Below, one piece after another: positions 1 to 10,873 of a DNA stretch of 64,000 bases. Position 1 is the first letter of the stretch, and each line of letters starts with the position of its first letter. The translations under genes and the position numbers were made by a program. Source of the DNA: Penicillus capitatus (taxonomy: Eukaryota; Plantae; Chlorophyta); contig OZ287707.1 in assembly GCA_965649825.1 (NCBI GenBank), positions 674,292 through 738,291 on the forward strand, in the 5' to 3' direction. A model generated the notes under the pieces. That model ran no database searches and was not told where the DNA came from. It saw only the letters and a program-made list of their open reading frames with translations.

Positions 1-1071
1 CCAGTTGGCGTAGGGTCCTTCGCCTGTAACGGCTGCCTGGACAAAGAATCCCTAGAATCATCCAAACACATGAACCACTGTTCGTAGGAGTCAATGTCAG
101 AGATCACCAGTGTGGCCATCATTGCCAGTCTTCCATTCTTGATCTCCTTCACTTTGAGTTCTTGGAAGACCTCGGGATCTTTGGCGAAGTCGAACGGATC
201 GAGGGGTCCACCCGGGTAGAGAGGATCCAATCCTTCGAAGACGGAGGAATCGAATTTTCCAACGCCTGGTGCATAGCCAGATGGTCCCTTTCCTGATCGT
301 CTGTAGCTCTCGACTGCTGCCATCAATCCCACTTCCACGGCAATGACAGCCACGAGGGGTAAGGGGTTGCCCACGATACCCCAAGGTACAGCAAAGTAGT
401 TCAGGGTGCCCCCGTCAAGCATACCCGCTCCCGTTTCAAACCATGTGGCCGATTTGATATCTGCACCGTTAGCTGCCAGACCCTCAGGAATGATCATCCC
501 GGCTACACCCAACATAGCCCAACGGGCATGGATCAATTCAAAAGCGCGGTATTTTTCGACCGTCTCCGCGTCCTTGCCCAGACTCAGGGGATCGTAGCCA
601 TAGCTGAGAGAAACCCACAATGCGTCAAACAAGACATTGCGTGAATAGGGAGGTATTACTCTCCGGCGAGTTCTCCTGTTAGGTACGGAGCGACTTCAGA
701 GCTATTTAGGAGACCGATTGGCAGGAAGAGCGCACGGTTGGGTCCTGTCATCAACGGCGTTATCGCACAGAGTGCAGCGAAAGGATGGACGTGCACTCAC
801 CATACCACTTATTGAGGTTCTGAACTCCACCCTCACCGCCGAACCACCCCTTCGTTTTAACGACGTCCGAGGATCTCGGCTTCGATACGACACGTTTGGC
901 CGGGGCCGGTTTTCGCGAGGGAGGAGGCGAAGACTTCTTAGGGAAAATCTTTGGAGGCGGAGACTTCTTCGGCAGGGACTTCTTCGGCGGAGATTTTTTC
1001 GATCCTGTCTTTGTGGGCTCCTTCGTCGAAGGAGTTCCAAATCGTTTAAAAAACGCCGCCTGAGTTTTCAT
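1..1071 (-). CDS. LHCB5: Minor PSII antenna protein CP26 (chlorophyll a/b-binding), 3' end runs off the window
   Basis: Spliced translation (3 GT-AG introns) gives MKTQAAFFKRF...NLNKWYG|PNRALFLPIGLL...LTGELAGE|YGYDPLSLGKDAETVEKYRAFELIHARWAMLGVAGMIIPEGLAANGA...TWFETGAGMLDGGTLNYFAVPWGIVGNPLPL...ELKVKEIKNGRLAMMATL|GFFVQAAVTGEGPYANW. This matches chlorophyte CP26. Confidence 0.95.
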
Positions 1072-1406
1072 CTTCGCGCAGACGGGGGTAAAACAGAAGA
1101 GACGGACAAAACGAGGCGAAAGCAAGGCGTTGAGGGTGCAAGAGATTTAGATGATAGATCGTGGTGACGTATGATCGGATCTCAAAGCGTAGGTCATGTT
1201 CAGCGTCGTCAATAATCGTAGACAAAGCACCGTATGTATCTCCTGTCCTTTTCGAAGGGATTTAATGACGTGAAGGATGTGTCGGCATCAAACGAATCAT
1301 CAGAAGAAACGGTTTTCGCTTAAAAGGCTTTCGCGTATCGCAGTTTAGAGAAGTTCTGAATTTTTGGCGCCTCTGAGTTTCGCTTTAGAGCACGCCTTTT
1401 ATCAAC

Positions 1407-1700
1407 ATGAAGAGTCACTACATCTCCCTTTTCTGTCTCCTGCTGTCTTGCTGTGCCGTCTTTGGACAAGAAGGAGAATGTGAAGAATCTGAATTGGGCT
1501 ACGCCTGCAAAAAGCAGATGACAGACTACTATGCGCTGCACTGGTCGTTGGGACCCACGACGAAGGGCGCCGAGGCAGAGGAAGGCGAAATTGCTATCGC
1601 TATGGTTGCTGCGACAGAAGGATGGGTTGGATTCGCTTTCGCCGAGGAGCCAGGTCAGATGGCTCCAGCAGATTTTGTGATTGGCTATGTCGACGGCGAA
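1407..1700 (+). repeat. Near-identical duplicated tract A (partner 4292-4585)
   Basis: Direct comparison: 294 bp with only a few substitutions, covering the signal peptide and first half of DOMON1. Confidence 0.95.
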
Positions 1701-2684
1701 GACGTTGTTGTCACTCCATATCGTTCAGAAATACAATCTATCACAGAGGATAATGAAGACGATACCGTCATGCTCGCATCCATTGAAGGAATGGAGGAGG
1801 TAGTCGACGAGAGTACATTTACAACGATCAAATTTGTACGCAGCCTGACAGAAGGCACAACGGAGATTGTGCTGGACGAAGAAATTCCAGTCAACATTGC
1901 CACAGGTGCCGCGGACGTACTCGGGTACCATGGGCCTGTGACACGCATGGCGACGACAGTGATGTTGAGCCTTGCAGACGATGGAACGGAAAAAACAGGT
2001 CCGGCACCTGAACCGGCACCTGCTGTGGAAGAACCTGCCGCAGAACCCGTTGCCGAAGGACCTGAATCAGTCGAGGATGATGGCGCACCGTGCACCCCCT
2101 CCACCTTGGACTACGCTTGTATGATGGATGCGGGACTCGTCACCGTTCATTGGACCGCTGGACCGTTCGACGGTGAAGGATCGGTGCCGGAACTCTCTGA
2201 AGGAGAGATTGCCATGGCCATCTCTGCCGAGACCACGGGATACGTCGCCGTGAGCTTTGCCGAAGAAGCAGGAGAAATGACGCCCGCCGACGTCATCCTC
2301 GGATGGGTCGACGATGAAGGAGTCACCATCAATGCCTACGACATATCCGTACAGTCCATCTCCGATGCGGATCAGTCGGACGAAATCGGATTGACTCCCG
2401 GAGAAGGCACGGAAGAAGACGGCATCACGACAATCGCATTCGTGTTGGATGGAACATTCACTTTTCCTGTCGACCTGACGGAGACAGTCAACATGAACTG
2501 GGCCATCGGAGAGGGCGACGAGCTCGCCTATCACGGTACCGATAACAGAGGCTCGTTTACCATCAACTTCTCTGCGGGTGAAACACCTGCGATCGGGGAA
2601 CCACCTGAGAGTAGTACAACACCAGTTGAGGGACCAGGAGAAATGGACGACGAAGCTCTGGAAGATGACATGGAGGATTTTTAA
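1407..2684 (+). CDS. Secreted, highly acidic protein with two DOMON (heme-binding type) domains and no cytochrome b561 domain
   Basis: Intronless 425-aa ORF. Signal peptide MKSHYISLFCLLLSCCAVFG; two DOMON repeats (LHW...IAIAM...GWVGFAF...MAPADFVIG...YHG and VHW...GYVAVSF...MTPADVILG...YHG) with the Met/His heme-ligand positions; acidic tail, TAA stop. Confidence 0.85.
   Translation: MKSHYISLFCLLLSCCAVFGQEGECEESELGYACKKQMTDYYALHWSLGPTTKGAEAEEGEIAIAMVAATEGWVGFAFAEEPGQMAPADFVIGYVDGEDVVVTPYRSEIQSITEDNEDDTVMLASIEGMEEVVDESTFTTIKFVRSLTEGTTEIVLDEEIPVNIATGAADVLGYHGPVTRMATTVMLSLADDGTEKTGPAPEPAPAVEEPAAEPVAEGPESVEDDGAPCTPSTLDYACMMDAGLVTVHWTAGPFDGEGSVPELSEGEIAMAISAETTGYVAVSFAEEAGEMTPADVILGWVDDEGVTINAYDISVQSISDADQSDEIGLTPGEGTEEDGITTIAFVLDGTFTFPVDLTETVNMNWAIGEGDELAYHGTDNRGSFTINFSAGETPAIGEPPESSTTPVEGPGEMDDEALEDDMEDF
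2060..2537 (+). repeat. Near-identical duplicated tract B (partner 4888-5365)
   Basis: Direct comparison: 478 bp with about 5 substitutions seen, covering DOMON2. Confidence 0.95.
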
Positions 2685-4291
2685 GCACAGGACAAGAAAC
2701 TCTGAGAAAGGGAAATTCTGTTTGCTGTTCTTGATTGTTACATTCATTTGTCTGCTGTGTGTGGGTAGAGTTCTGACGCTGAAGAATTATTGTTCTTGAC
2801 GTTGTCTTCACACTGATGACTGGAAATCATGATCCAAGTCTGAATGAAGCCTCTCGATTATTGTTCTAACATCTGAATACATTTCATTATCATACTTGTG
2901 TCTTCAGCGCTGTTTCAAACGAAAAACCACAAAATGACCTTCGCAGATCCCATGTCGAACGATTGACGCTGTCTCTACAAGAGTAGACAGAAAGAATCGC
3001 AACTCTTGATGATACTCGAGGAGAATAGGATGGATCAGCTCATCGAAAACAGGTCTCTGAGATCATAAGCAATGCACCGGATTAAACGAGAAGGGTATTT
3101 CCAATGACAGATCTGTCCAAATGCGTGCATCGTTTGAAGTAAGCAATTGGCATCCGTTGCTGGATGAGACAAGGAAGATGAACGGACAGATAAGGTTGTG
3201 ATGCGTAAACACTTCCTCTTCGCTGAGTTGTATATCCCAAGAAGAGCTGTTTTTGTCTTAAGCAAAAGATGCTTATCGATTCTTGGCTCCGGCTATGCGG
3301 CATCTGAGATAAAGAAATGAGAGAATGCATACCATGCAGACAGCTGGTTTAGTAGATCAGTAGAAGCTAGATTCGTTGCTCTCCTGCACACAAGGCGCAA
3401 TGCAGAAATACTGTAGAATGGCGACGCGATTGCATTAGAGGCATTACTACCAGGCTGCTGCGATGTATCCTGCTTAAAAGAGAAAACAGAAAACAAAACA
3501 AGGCAGGACGATCTGATAATCCAGAGCACCGCATAACAGAAAACGGCAACAAAGTCTTGAAGTAGAGCACTGTTACATCAAAACAAAGTCGTCCTTAAAA
3601 GGAACGGCAATTACTAAGTCAACTGCATCAATGGCTGGCGTTTTTCGGAGAGTTATTCTCTGTTTTCTTGATCTTAGTCAAACAACCGTCGATGGGAGAA
3701 AACTGCCATGATACCTTTCCTGAGGCGAAGCAATCAAGAAAAATTTGTGCGCTCTAACAATCCGAGGCTGTAACTTTGCTCAGTCTGATTCGAGGTCGCG
3801 CCACAAGACCATCGAGACGGACTTCATTTGCATCGACGAAGCAGCGAGGCTGCTGCCTGACAACTTCTACATAGTGGAGTTTTTCAGACAGTCGATCGTG
3901 GACAATGCCTCATCCATCGGTCGCTTCGAAGTTGGCACATGTGTGTCTATACGATTCACTTTTTTCGGACACACGAGTAAAAGAGCGGCATCTATTTAGC
4001 ATTCGTGTCTACGAGTCAGCTTTGAGTTCCAGAGGAAGGAGACGGGGGTATTCGCAGACTTTTTTGGATGATACGATCTCTGTAACTTCTCGAGAACAAT
4101 TAAGTTCGAATGACAGCGGCTAAAGAGAAGCTCCTTCACGCGAAAAACGCGTCATGCACGGGTCGTGTCATGAAGCTAGACACCGTTCACTCTCGCGTAT
4201 CTCGCGTTAAACACCATCACGCAGTATTTAAGTTTGGAAAGACGAACTTCGGTGTCTCTGAGTTTCGCTTGGACGTACACTGGGTTTCAAT

Positions 4292-6637
4292 ATGAAGAGC
4301 CTCTATATCTCCCTTTTCTGTCTCCTGTTGTCTTGCTGTGCCGTTTTCGCGCAGGAGGGAGAATGTGAAGAGTCTGAATTGGGCTACGCCTGCAAAAAGC
4401 AGATGACAGACTACTATGCGCTGCACTGGTCGTTGGGACCCACGACGAAGGGTGCCGAAGCAGAGGAAGGCGAAATTGCTATCGCTATGGTTGCTGCGAC
4501 AGAAGGATGGGTTGGATTCGCTTTCGCCGAGGAGCCAGGTCAAATGGCTCCAGCAGATTTTGTGATTGGCTATGTCGACGGCGAAAATGTCCCTGTCGCT
4601 GCGTATCGTTCAGAAGTACAATCTGTCACACGCCAAGATGAAGACGATTCTGTCACGCTGCGCGATGTCAGAGGTGGAATGGAAGAGAGAGAGGACAGCA
4701 TGTACACGACCATTCAGTTTATCAGAGATTTGAGTGAGGGAACGACGGAGATTGTGTTGGACGAGGAAATGCCGGTCAATGTGGCTATGAGCCCACTAGA
4801 CACTCTTGGTTACCACGGAGAGAACGAGCGTCTGGCTTCAACTATCACATTGAGTCTGGCATCGGCTGATTCGACTGAAACTGAAGAACCTGAATCAGTC
4901 GAGGATGATGGCGCAACGTGCATCCCCTCCACCTTGGACTACTCTTGTATGATGGAGGCGGGACTCGTCACCGTTCATTGGACCGCTGGACCGTTCGACG
5001 GTGAAGGATCGGTGCCGGAACTCTCTGAAGGAGAGATTGCCATGGCCATCTCTGCCGAGACCACGGGATACGTCGCCGTGAGCTTTGCCGAAGAAGCAGG
5101 AGAAATGGCGCCCGCCGACGTCATCCTCGGATGGGTCGACGATGAAGGAGTCACCATCAATGCCTACGACATATCCGTACAGTCCATCTCCGATGCGGAT
5201 CAGTCGGACGAAATCGGATTGACTCCCGGAGAAGGCACGGAAGAAGACGGCATCACGACAATCGCATTCGTGTTGGATGGAACATTCACTTTTCCTGTCG
5301 ACCTGACGGAGACAGTCAACATGAACTGGGCCATCGGAGAGGGCGACGAGCTCGCCTATCACGGTCTCGAAAACAGAGGCTCCTTCACCATCAACTTCTC
5401 TGCAATTCCGTCCGAAGACGCCGCAGCAGAAGAAGTATCAGAGGAAGAAGAACCCGCTGAAGAACAGGAGGAGGAAGCAGACACCGAGGAGCAAAGTGTC
5501 TTGGAAGATGAATCGATGTCTGTCTCCGGCGATGGATGTGTCTCTTCTATGTTGGGATACGATTGTATGACAACTCTCGGGGAAGTCACTGTCCATTGGA
5601 CACTGGGACCGGCAGATGATTCAGAATCTGTTCCAGAGTTGGCTGAAGGAGAAGTGGCCATGGCCATCTCTGCCGAGACCACTGGATACGTTGCTATCAG
5701 TTTTGCTCAGTCGCCACCATCGATGGCACCAGCTGATGTTATTCTCGGTTGGGTAGAAGGCGGAGTTGCTACGATCAATGCCTACAGCATTAGTTCGCGT
5801 AGCATTTCCGAGAATGAGCTGACGGACACAATCGGATTGACTCCCAGAGGAGGCACGGAAGAAGATGGCGTCACCACAATCGAGTTTGTCTTGAACGGAA
5901 CGTTCACATTCGACGTCGATTTTCAACAGACTCTTGCTATGAACTGGGCAGTCTCACCTGCAGACAGCCTTACCCAACATTCTAGTAGAGCGTCTTCTAC
6001 TATAAACCTTCTTTCGGGGGCCGCTACCGAGCAATCACAAACCCTCAAGTACTATAAAGCTCATGGCGCATGTATGGTGATCGCTTGGATCGGTCTGGCG
6101 CCACTTGGAGTACTCATTGCACGCAATAAGTATGTTTTCAAAGACATCAGCAAAGGAGCGTGGTTTCAGATCCACAGAGTCGTACAGATCACTGCACTGG
6201 TGTCCATGATCTGTGGATTGGTCGTTGCTCTGTCAGAATTCAAAGATCCTGCGACAGAAGAAGGAAAACGTCATCGTCGCGTTGGCATCTCAATCGTTAC
6301 CATTGGTTTGGTTCAAGGCTTCATTCCTTTCTTCAGACCACATCCAGATGGAAGATACCGTTACATTTTCAACTACGTGCATTGGTGGCTAGGCCGTGGA
6401 GCTGTCGTTTTGGGTATTGCAACGGTGTTCTTGGGAATCAAGGCTTACGATATCCTCAACAGAGACGATGTCGACAACTGGTGGATCACCAGTGTCGTTA
6501 TTCTAGGCGTCTACTTCGCCTTTGCAGCCGTAGGCGAATTTAACATCGCGTTTAAACTCGGAGAAGACGAAAGAATGAAGCCATCGAGAGCAGCCATGCA
6601 ACCACCACCCAACGTCGAAGAAGTGGAAATGTCCTGA
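4292..6637 (+). CDS. Triple-DOMON plus cytochrome b561 protein (CYBDOM / ferric-chelate-reductase-like)
   Basis: Intronless 781-aa ORF. Signal peptide, three DOMON domains, then a transmembrane b561 domain with four His ligands (AHGACM, QIHRVVQ, RHRRVG, VHWWLG) and a further TM helix. Confidence 0.92.
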   Translation: MKSLYISLFCLLLSCCAVFAQEGECEESELGYACKKQMTDYYALHWSLGPTTKGAEAEEGEIAIAMVAATEGWVGFAFAEEPGQMAPADFVIGYVDGENVPVAAYRSEVQSVTRQDEDDSVTLRDVRGGMEEREDSMYTTIQFIRDLSEGTTEIVLDEEMPVNVAMSPLDTLGYHGENERLASTITLSLASADSTETEEPESVEDDGATCIPSTLDYSCMMEAGLVTVHWTAGPFDGEGSVPELSEGEIAMAISAETTGYVAVSFAEEAGEMAPADVILGWVDDEGVTINAYDISVQSISDADQSDEIGLTPGEGTEEDGITTIAFVLDGTFTFPVDLTETVNMNWAIGEGDELAYHGLENRGSFTINFSAIPSEDAAAEEVSEEEEPAEEQEEEADTEEQSVLEDESMSVSGDGCVSSMLGYDCMTTLGEVTVHWTLGPADDSESVPELAEGEVAMAISAETTGYVAISFAQSPPSMAPADVILGWVEGGVATINAYSISSRSISENELTDTIGLTPRGGTEEDGVTTIEFVLNGTFTFDVDFQQTLAMNWAVSPADSLTQHSSRASSTINLLSGAATEQSQTLKYYKAHGACMVIAWIGLAPLGVLIARNKYVFKDISKGAWFQIHRVVQITALVSMICGLVVALSEFKDPATEEGKRHRRVGISIVTIGLVQGFIPFFRPHPDGRYRYIFNYVHWWLGRGAVVLGIATVFLGIKAYDILNRDDVDNWWITSVVILGVYFAFAAVGEFNIAFKLGEDERMKPSRAAMQPPPNVEEVEMS

Positions 6638-6919
6638 GCTGCGACAGTCCTGTCATTAACACACATTGAGCATTTTTTTGTTGAACACATCATCATGATC
6701 GATTTGCTGAACACCATAAGCATTGCTTCAAACATCGGCACTCGTTCGTCGCGTCCATCTATCCATCCATCCGGCTGATAAAAACAGTATTGGATGCGCA
6801 CAGATCGCTTGCTCCCATCAGAAAGGAACAGCAAAAATAATAATCATAAAAGTGAAAACGACATTTGCAGAGATGAGCTTTGTTCCATGCCATTCAACGT
6901 CAGATCGATGCGCATCGTC

Positions 6920-7713
6920 TCAATGCCATGTTTTTGTCTCAAACACCTCCAGACAGTTCATGTCTACAGTACAGACAGGTCACATCATTTCTGTCTCATT
7001 CAGTGCAGGTGATTTACCGGGATCTCTGAAGAAGACGGCTCTTCTGCCGGACATACTCTCTGTGAACTTAATATTCGATTCTCTCAGTTTTGTCACCAAT
7101 GGATCCAGCTGCTCGATGCCCACACAGAAATGTCGATCTCTTCCCCCGTGCTCCGGCCGTCCAATTTTGGGATCCGGATCTGGAAGCTCCATTAAATGAA
7201 TCATTTCGGTGCCGATCCACAACCAAGCCCCTCTATAAGGAAGCTTATCATCCGGACGATCCGGATTAATCTCCAATCCTGTGACATCTCACACATTTCC
7301 ACAATCCATACCATATGATATCTCTACCAATGATATCTTGATAAAAACGCAATGATGTCTCGAGGTTGGCACAAAGAAGTCCAACGTGATGGACACCGTG
7401 GAAATTCAGGTCATCGTCTACGGTTTGCAGATTCGTTGGTCTATTTGGGGAGATTGTTCGTGTCTTACCCTCAAACTGCGTCTCTGCGACATCCGTGCTC
7501 AATGTCGCCGGTCGATACGGAATTGTGCGTCGCATGCGTCTCTCTGCGCGTTTGGCGCTCATTGCACGGATAACCCTGTGCAAACACCCTTTACATGTCT
7601 ACCCGAATTCGCGCACGCTCATACCGATTTGAGAAAGTCGCTGTGCATAATGGCGCTTTGTGAACGGCGCCGTTCATTTCTCGGCACACGTGCGACATCT
7701 GACCACTGACCAT
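6920..7713 (-). CDS. Glyoxalase/VOC-superfamily (lactoylglutathione lyase-like) protein, probable organellar transit peptide
   Basis: Four GT-AG introns join ...FHGVHHVGLLCANLETSLRFYQDIIG|LEINPDRPDDKLPYRGAWLWIGTEMIHLMELP...HGGRDRHFCVG...SMSGRRAVFFRDP|DMNCLEV. Confidence 0.9.
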
Positions 7714-7817
7714 GATGTCAGACTTCCTCAGAAATTGGCCTTCGATCTGGAGAGACACCCGATCCACGTCATCGCCTCGATGCAAATAATGTGCATTAGA
7801 GTGCATCGAAACCGCGA

Positions 7818-9849
7818 ATGGCGCGGGATTTTATCGAGCAGTTCTTTGGTTCGCAAGAACCACCTGCACCAGTTTGTTCGTTCAAGCCACGGGACGTCGC
7901 ATTGATACAGAGAATCGAAAAAGTGGCAGAATTCGCCAGCCGCAACGGACCAGATTTTGTACAGCTCATTGAGAACAAGCAACTGCACAATCCCGACTTT
8001 CAGTTCCTCTTTGGAGGCGAAGGACATGATTACTACCGGTAATCTGAGATCTATCCCATCTATCCTCCAAGCAGCACCTCTGTTACAGTTGGCATCTCTA
8101 CCATCTCTTGACAAGACCGCCGACAGATGCTTCAGCCTCACATCCATCATCAGAGATCCAGACAGAGAGTGTGCTGGAGAAGGTGTCCTTACCGAATGAT
8201 GTGGGGACAGAAATGCTGGATCGCCTCGATCAGTTGGACGGCAGTCGGGTGCGCATCTGAATAATGGCAGAGGGTATTGTTTCGAAGAGAATGTACAGCA
8301 GGAGACGACAAAGAGTTGTCAGCATTGCTTTCTGCGTCACATGGATTGTGCAGAGGAATTGGCAAAGCTGCTGTACTATCGAGCACAAGAACTGAAGGAG
8401 GCACACAAGCAAATGGATATTGCATATGTCATCAATGACATTCTGATGAAGAGGTCTGCTGTCGACTGTGTGAACAGAAAATGGATAAGGGAATGTTTAG
8501 CCAGAGTCATTTATCAGATCGAGAACTCCGACAAGTCACCGGAAGTTTCCAACCCATCATAGGAGCCCTCTTCGCTATGATCTACGCACACGGTCATCAA
8601 GAAGAAGATGTCCGTTCATCTAGTCATCCAACAAAGGCCGACAGGACTTCGTGTGATTGTTAGGTATACCGTCGGTTGTCGAAGTTTCTAGGCAGCTGGG
8701 CCGAGTACGAGATCTTTAGCCGAAGGAGCATTGACAGTTTCGAACAAGCAATGTTAACAGGGAACACTGAAATGCTGCCCCAAGTGTGCCCATTTTCTTC
8801 CGCGCCATCTTTCTTCAAGTGACGCGCCCCCAGAGTCTCTACGAGGGATACACACCGCAACATGGTAGTCATGGATCTGAACGGCCACCGAGGATGGACG
8901 AAGGCTCACGTCGTCGACATCATCGATCGGACGGATGGGATCACAAGAGCACGCACATATCACGACATTCCTCCACGGGCCTTCCTCCACACATGGCTTC
9001 CAAAACGCCATCTAATCAAGCTACAGTGATTTTGGACATGTGTCTTATCATACATCGTGTGAGGTCAGTTGCCTCGTAGGGCCGCGGATCATCGATACAG
9101 GAGCAGGGAGTGAGAGGGCTGCGATCCGATGAAATGTTATCGGATAGCCGAACCCTGTTGGCATCCAGTCGTATCCGAACACGCGCCGCCTTTGATCCTC
9201 CACCAGAGAGGCTTACACAAACTGGCGTGGTGGATGCTTTCTCTTTTCCACCTGGTCTCATTCCGAATTTGGTCGCCGAAAAGCGAAAGTACTCTTTCTC
9301 CTACTGCCCGATCAGTTCGGTGGACATCCAGAAAACGCGTAACTCGGCCCACTGCCTTCCGTCTTCGCATTCAGTGTTGTCATTCAGATTACCCGACAGT
9401 AGTGGATCCAAACGATCCTTACCTGAAGTCCAGAATGGAGAAATTCTATGCGGAGTTGGATGAATACCGGCCAGGAATGATTCGAGAACACATCGAATCC
9501 CGTAAGCGAAAAGAAGAGGAAGATACAGAGGCAGAAGTCGGCAGTGATACGCGTCGTCGTCGGACACATCGCAGTTCACTTGCCCTAACTGAAGAAGGCA
9601 AACTCACCGCCACCCTTCCAGACGGTTCCTTTGCAGGCATACGTCTTCACCACAATCCACTATCCATCCATCAGATATCGCTGCTTAGGTGAAGGGAGTG
9701 ATTCTATGTATGCTGGCCTTGGAGCACAGCCAGTGTCGAGAAGAAGTGAAGAGGACAAAGCGTTCAGCGAGTATCGGAAGCTACGCAGCGATGTTTATCA
9801 CAATGTTCTTCCTAAAGGACCTGCTCCAAGCCCCTCCAAGAAGAAATAG
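7818..9849 (+). CDS. SURP/SWAP plus CID domain splicing factor, CHERP-like
   Basis: SURP motif IEKVAEFASRNGPDFVQLIENKQLHNPDFQFLFGGEGHDYYR, CID-like YVINDIL, later FSFPPGLIPNLV...YLKSRMEKFY and C-terminal AGLG...AFSEYRKLRS. Multi-exon; internal exon boundaries only partly resolved. Confidence 0.75.
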
Positions 9850-9879
9850 ATAAATAGTGATGCAGGCGAGCTCTGTTGC

Positions 9880-10837
9880 TTAATCGTCTGAATCATTCCC
9901 AAAAATATCGCGAGTTTTGTCAACGGATGTTTTGCTAGCGGAACGCGGTTGGCTGTTTGGCTGTTTCTTTCCAGTTCTCAGATGAAATACCATTCCTGTC
10001 GAGGTGGTTTGTTGGATGGCTGTCAAGTTCTTGGCTTCCGCCTTTGGTTTTGACGCCTCTAGTGTCTCTTCTTCTTTCCTCGCCCGCTCGAATCTGCACA
10101 ACAATATTCCACCCACCCATCCTGCAAATGTGATCCTCGTCCCATGCCATACTGTTCGGCAAAGGCATCCAGATCCCGCGTAAGCTGTTTCTGTTCTTTC
10201 CTCAGTCGTTGTTTTTTGGTCCTGCCAGCCACCATCTGATTCATTTCCTTCCATCTCTGAAAAGACAGCGCTTTGATGGTGGACATGACCCACACACAGA
10301 GTCTGTCTGCTTACTTTCTTGTGGTGATGGTCATAAGAGCTCAGATGCATCTCCCATTCCATCGCCGTTTGATACTGTTTGCCACAGGGCTACAGAAACA
10401 CAGAATCGTGGCAGAATTCTTGCGGATCGTGGAATGATGCCTCGCAGTAGAATTTGGCTTTGGCGTCATCATCTCCCTTGGAAGCCTCTCTGCTTCTCTT
10501 CGCACGTGCCTATCACCAGGACTCCATCGCAAAACAGAGAATTCAGGCAGTACGTCGGCTCCTCTCGTTTCGCTTTGGTTGTCGAGAGAGACCACTCTCT
10601 GCGTTGTTTCCTTTTCTTTTGGTTTCATCGACATCTCTCTCATAGAATCTCTACCGGCACTGGTGAGACTGCTACCTGCAAAGAGACGGGCACATAGCCT
10701 GGAAAAAAGAGATGCGTTTCAGTCAAAGCACACGCGCCACAGAACGAAAAAAGCAGCCGATACGGCAACGGAGGTGAACGATGATGGCTCTCGAAGCACG
10801 TACCCTCTTCCTTTTCTTCTGGCCGGTCCATCTCCAT
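9880..10837 (-). CDS. Small C2H2 zinc-finger protein (finger of the type found in G-patch/ZNF804-like proteins)
   Basis: Spliced KFYCE|PCGKQYQTAMEWEMHLSSYDHHHKK|RWKEM. The intron at 10390-10440 is GC-AG and is required to join C..C. Confidence 0.8.
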
Positions 10838-10873
10838 CGGGTTTCGTGAGAATGACGCGACAGAGACATTTCA

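Noticed and set aside
718-1167. Arg-rich plus-strand ORF and other long overlapping opposite-strand ORFs in the track
   Set aside because: They are antisense or alternative-frame shadows of real genes (CP26, DOMON, DBT, NSE4 and others).
2578-2799. Hydrophobic stretch (FCLLFLIVTFICLLCVG) downstream of the first DOMON gene as a possible spliced TM/GPI tail
   Set aside because: I found no donor/acceptor pair of compatible phase; the T-rich sequence is typical of a 3' UTR.
3745-3999. ORF with FICIDEAA, resembling a Walker-B motif of terminases/helicases
   Set aside because: Only 84 aa, with no Walker A or other supporting motif nearby; most likely chance.
8754-9011. Antisense ORF starting MAFWKP, like plant DHX35 N-termini
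   Set aside because: It lies opposite CHERP exons and has no further similarity.
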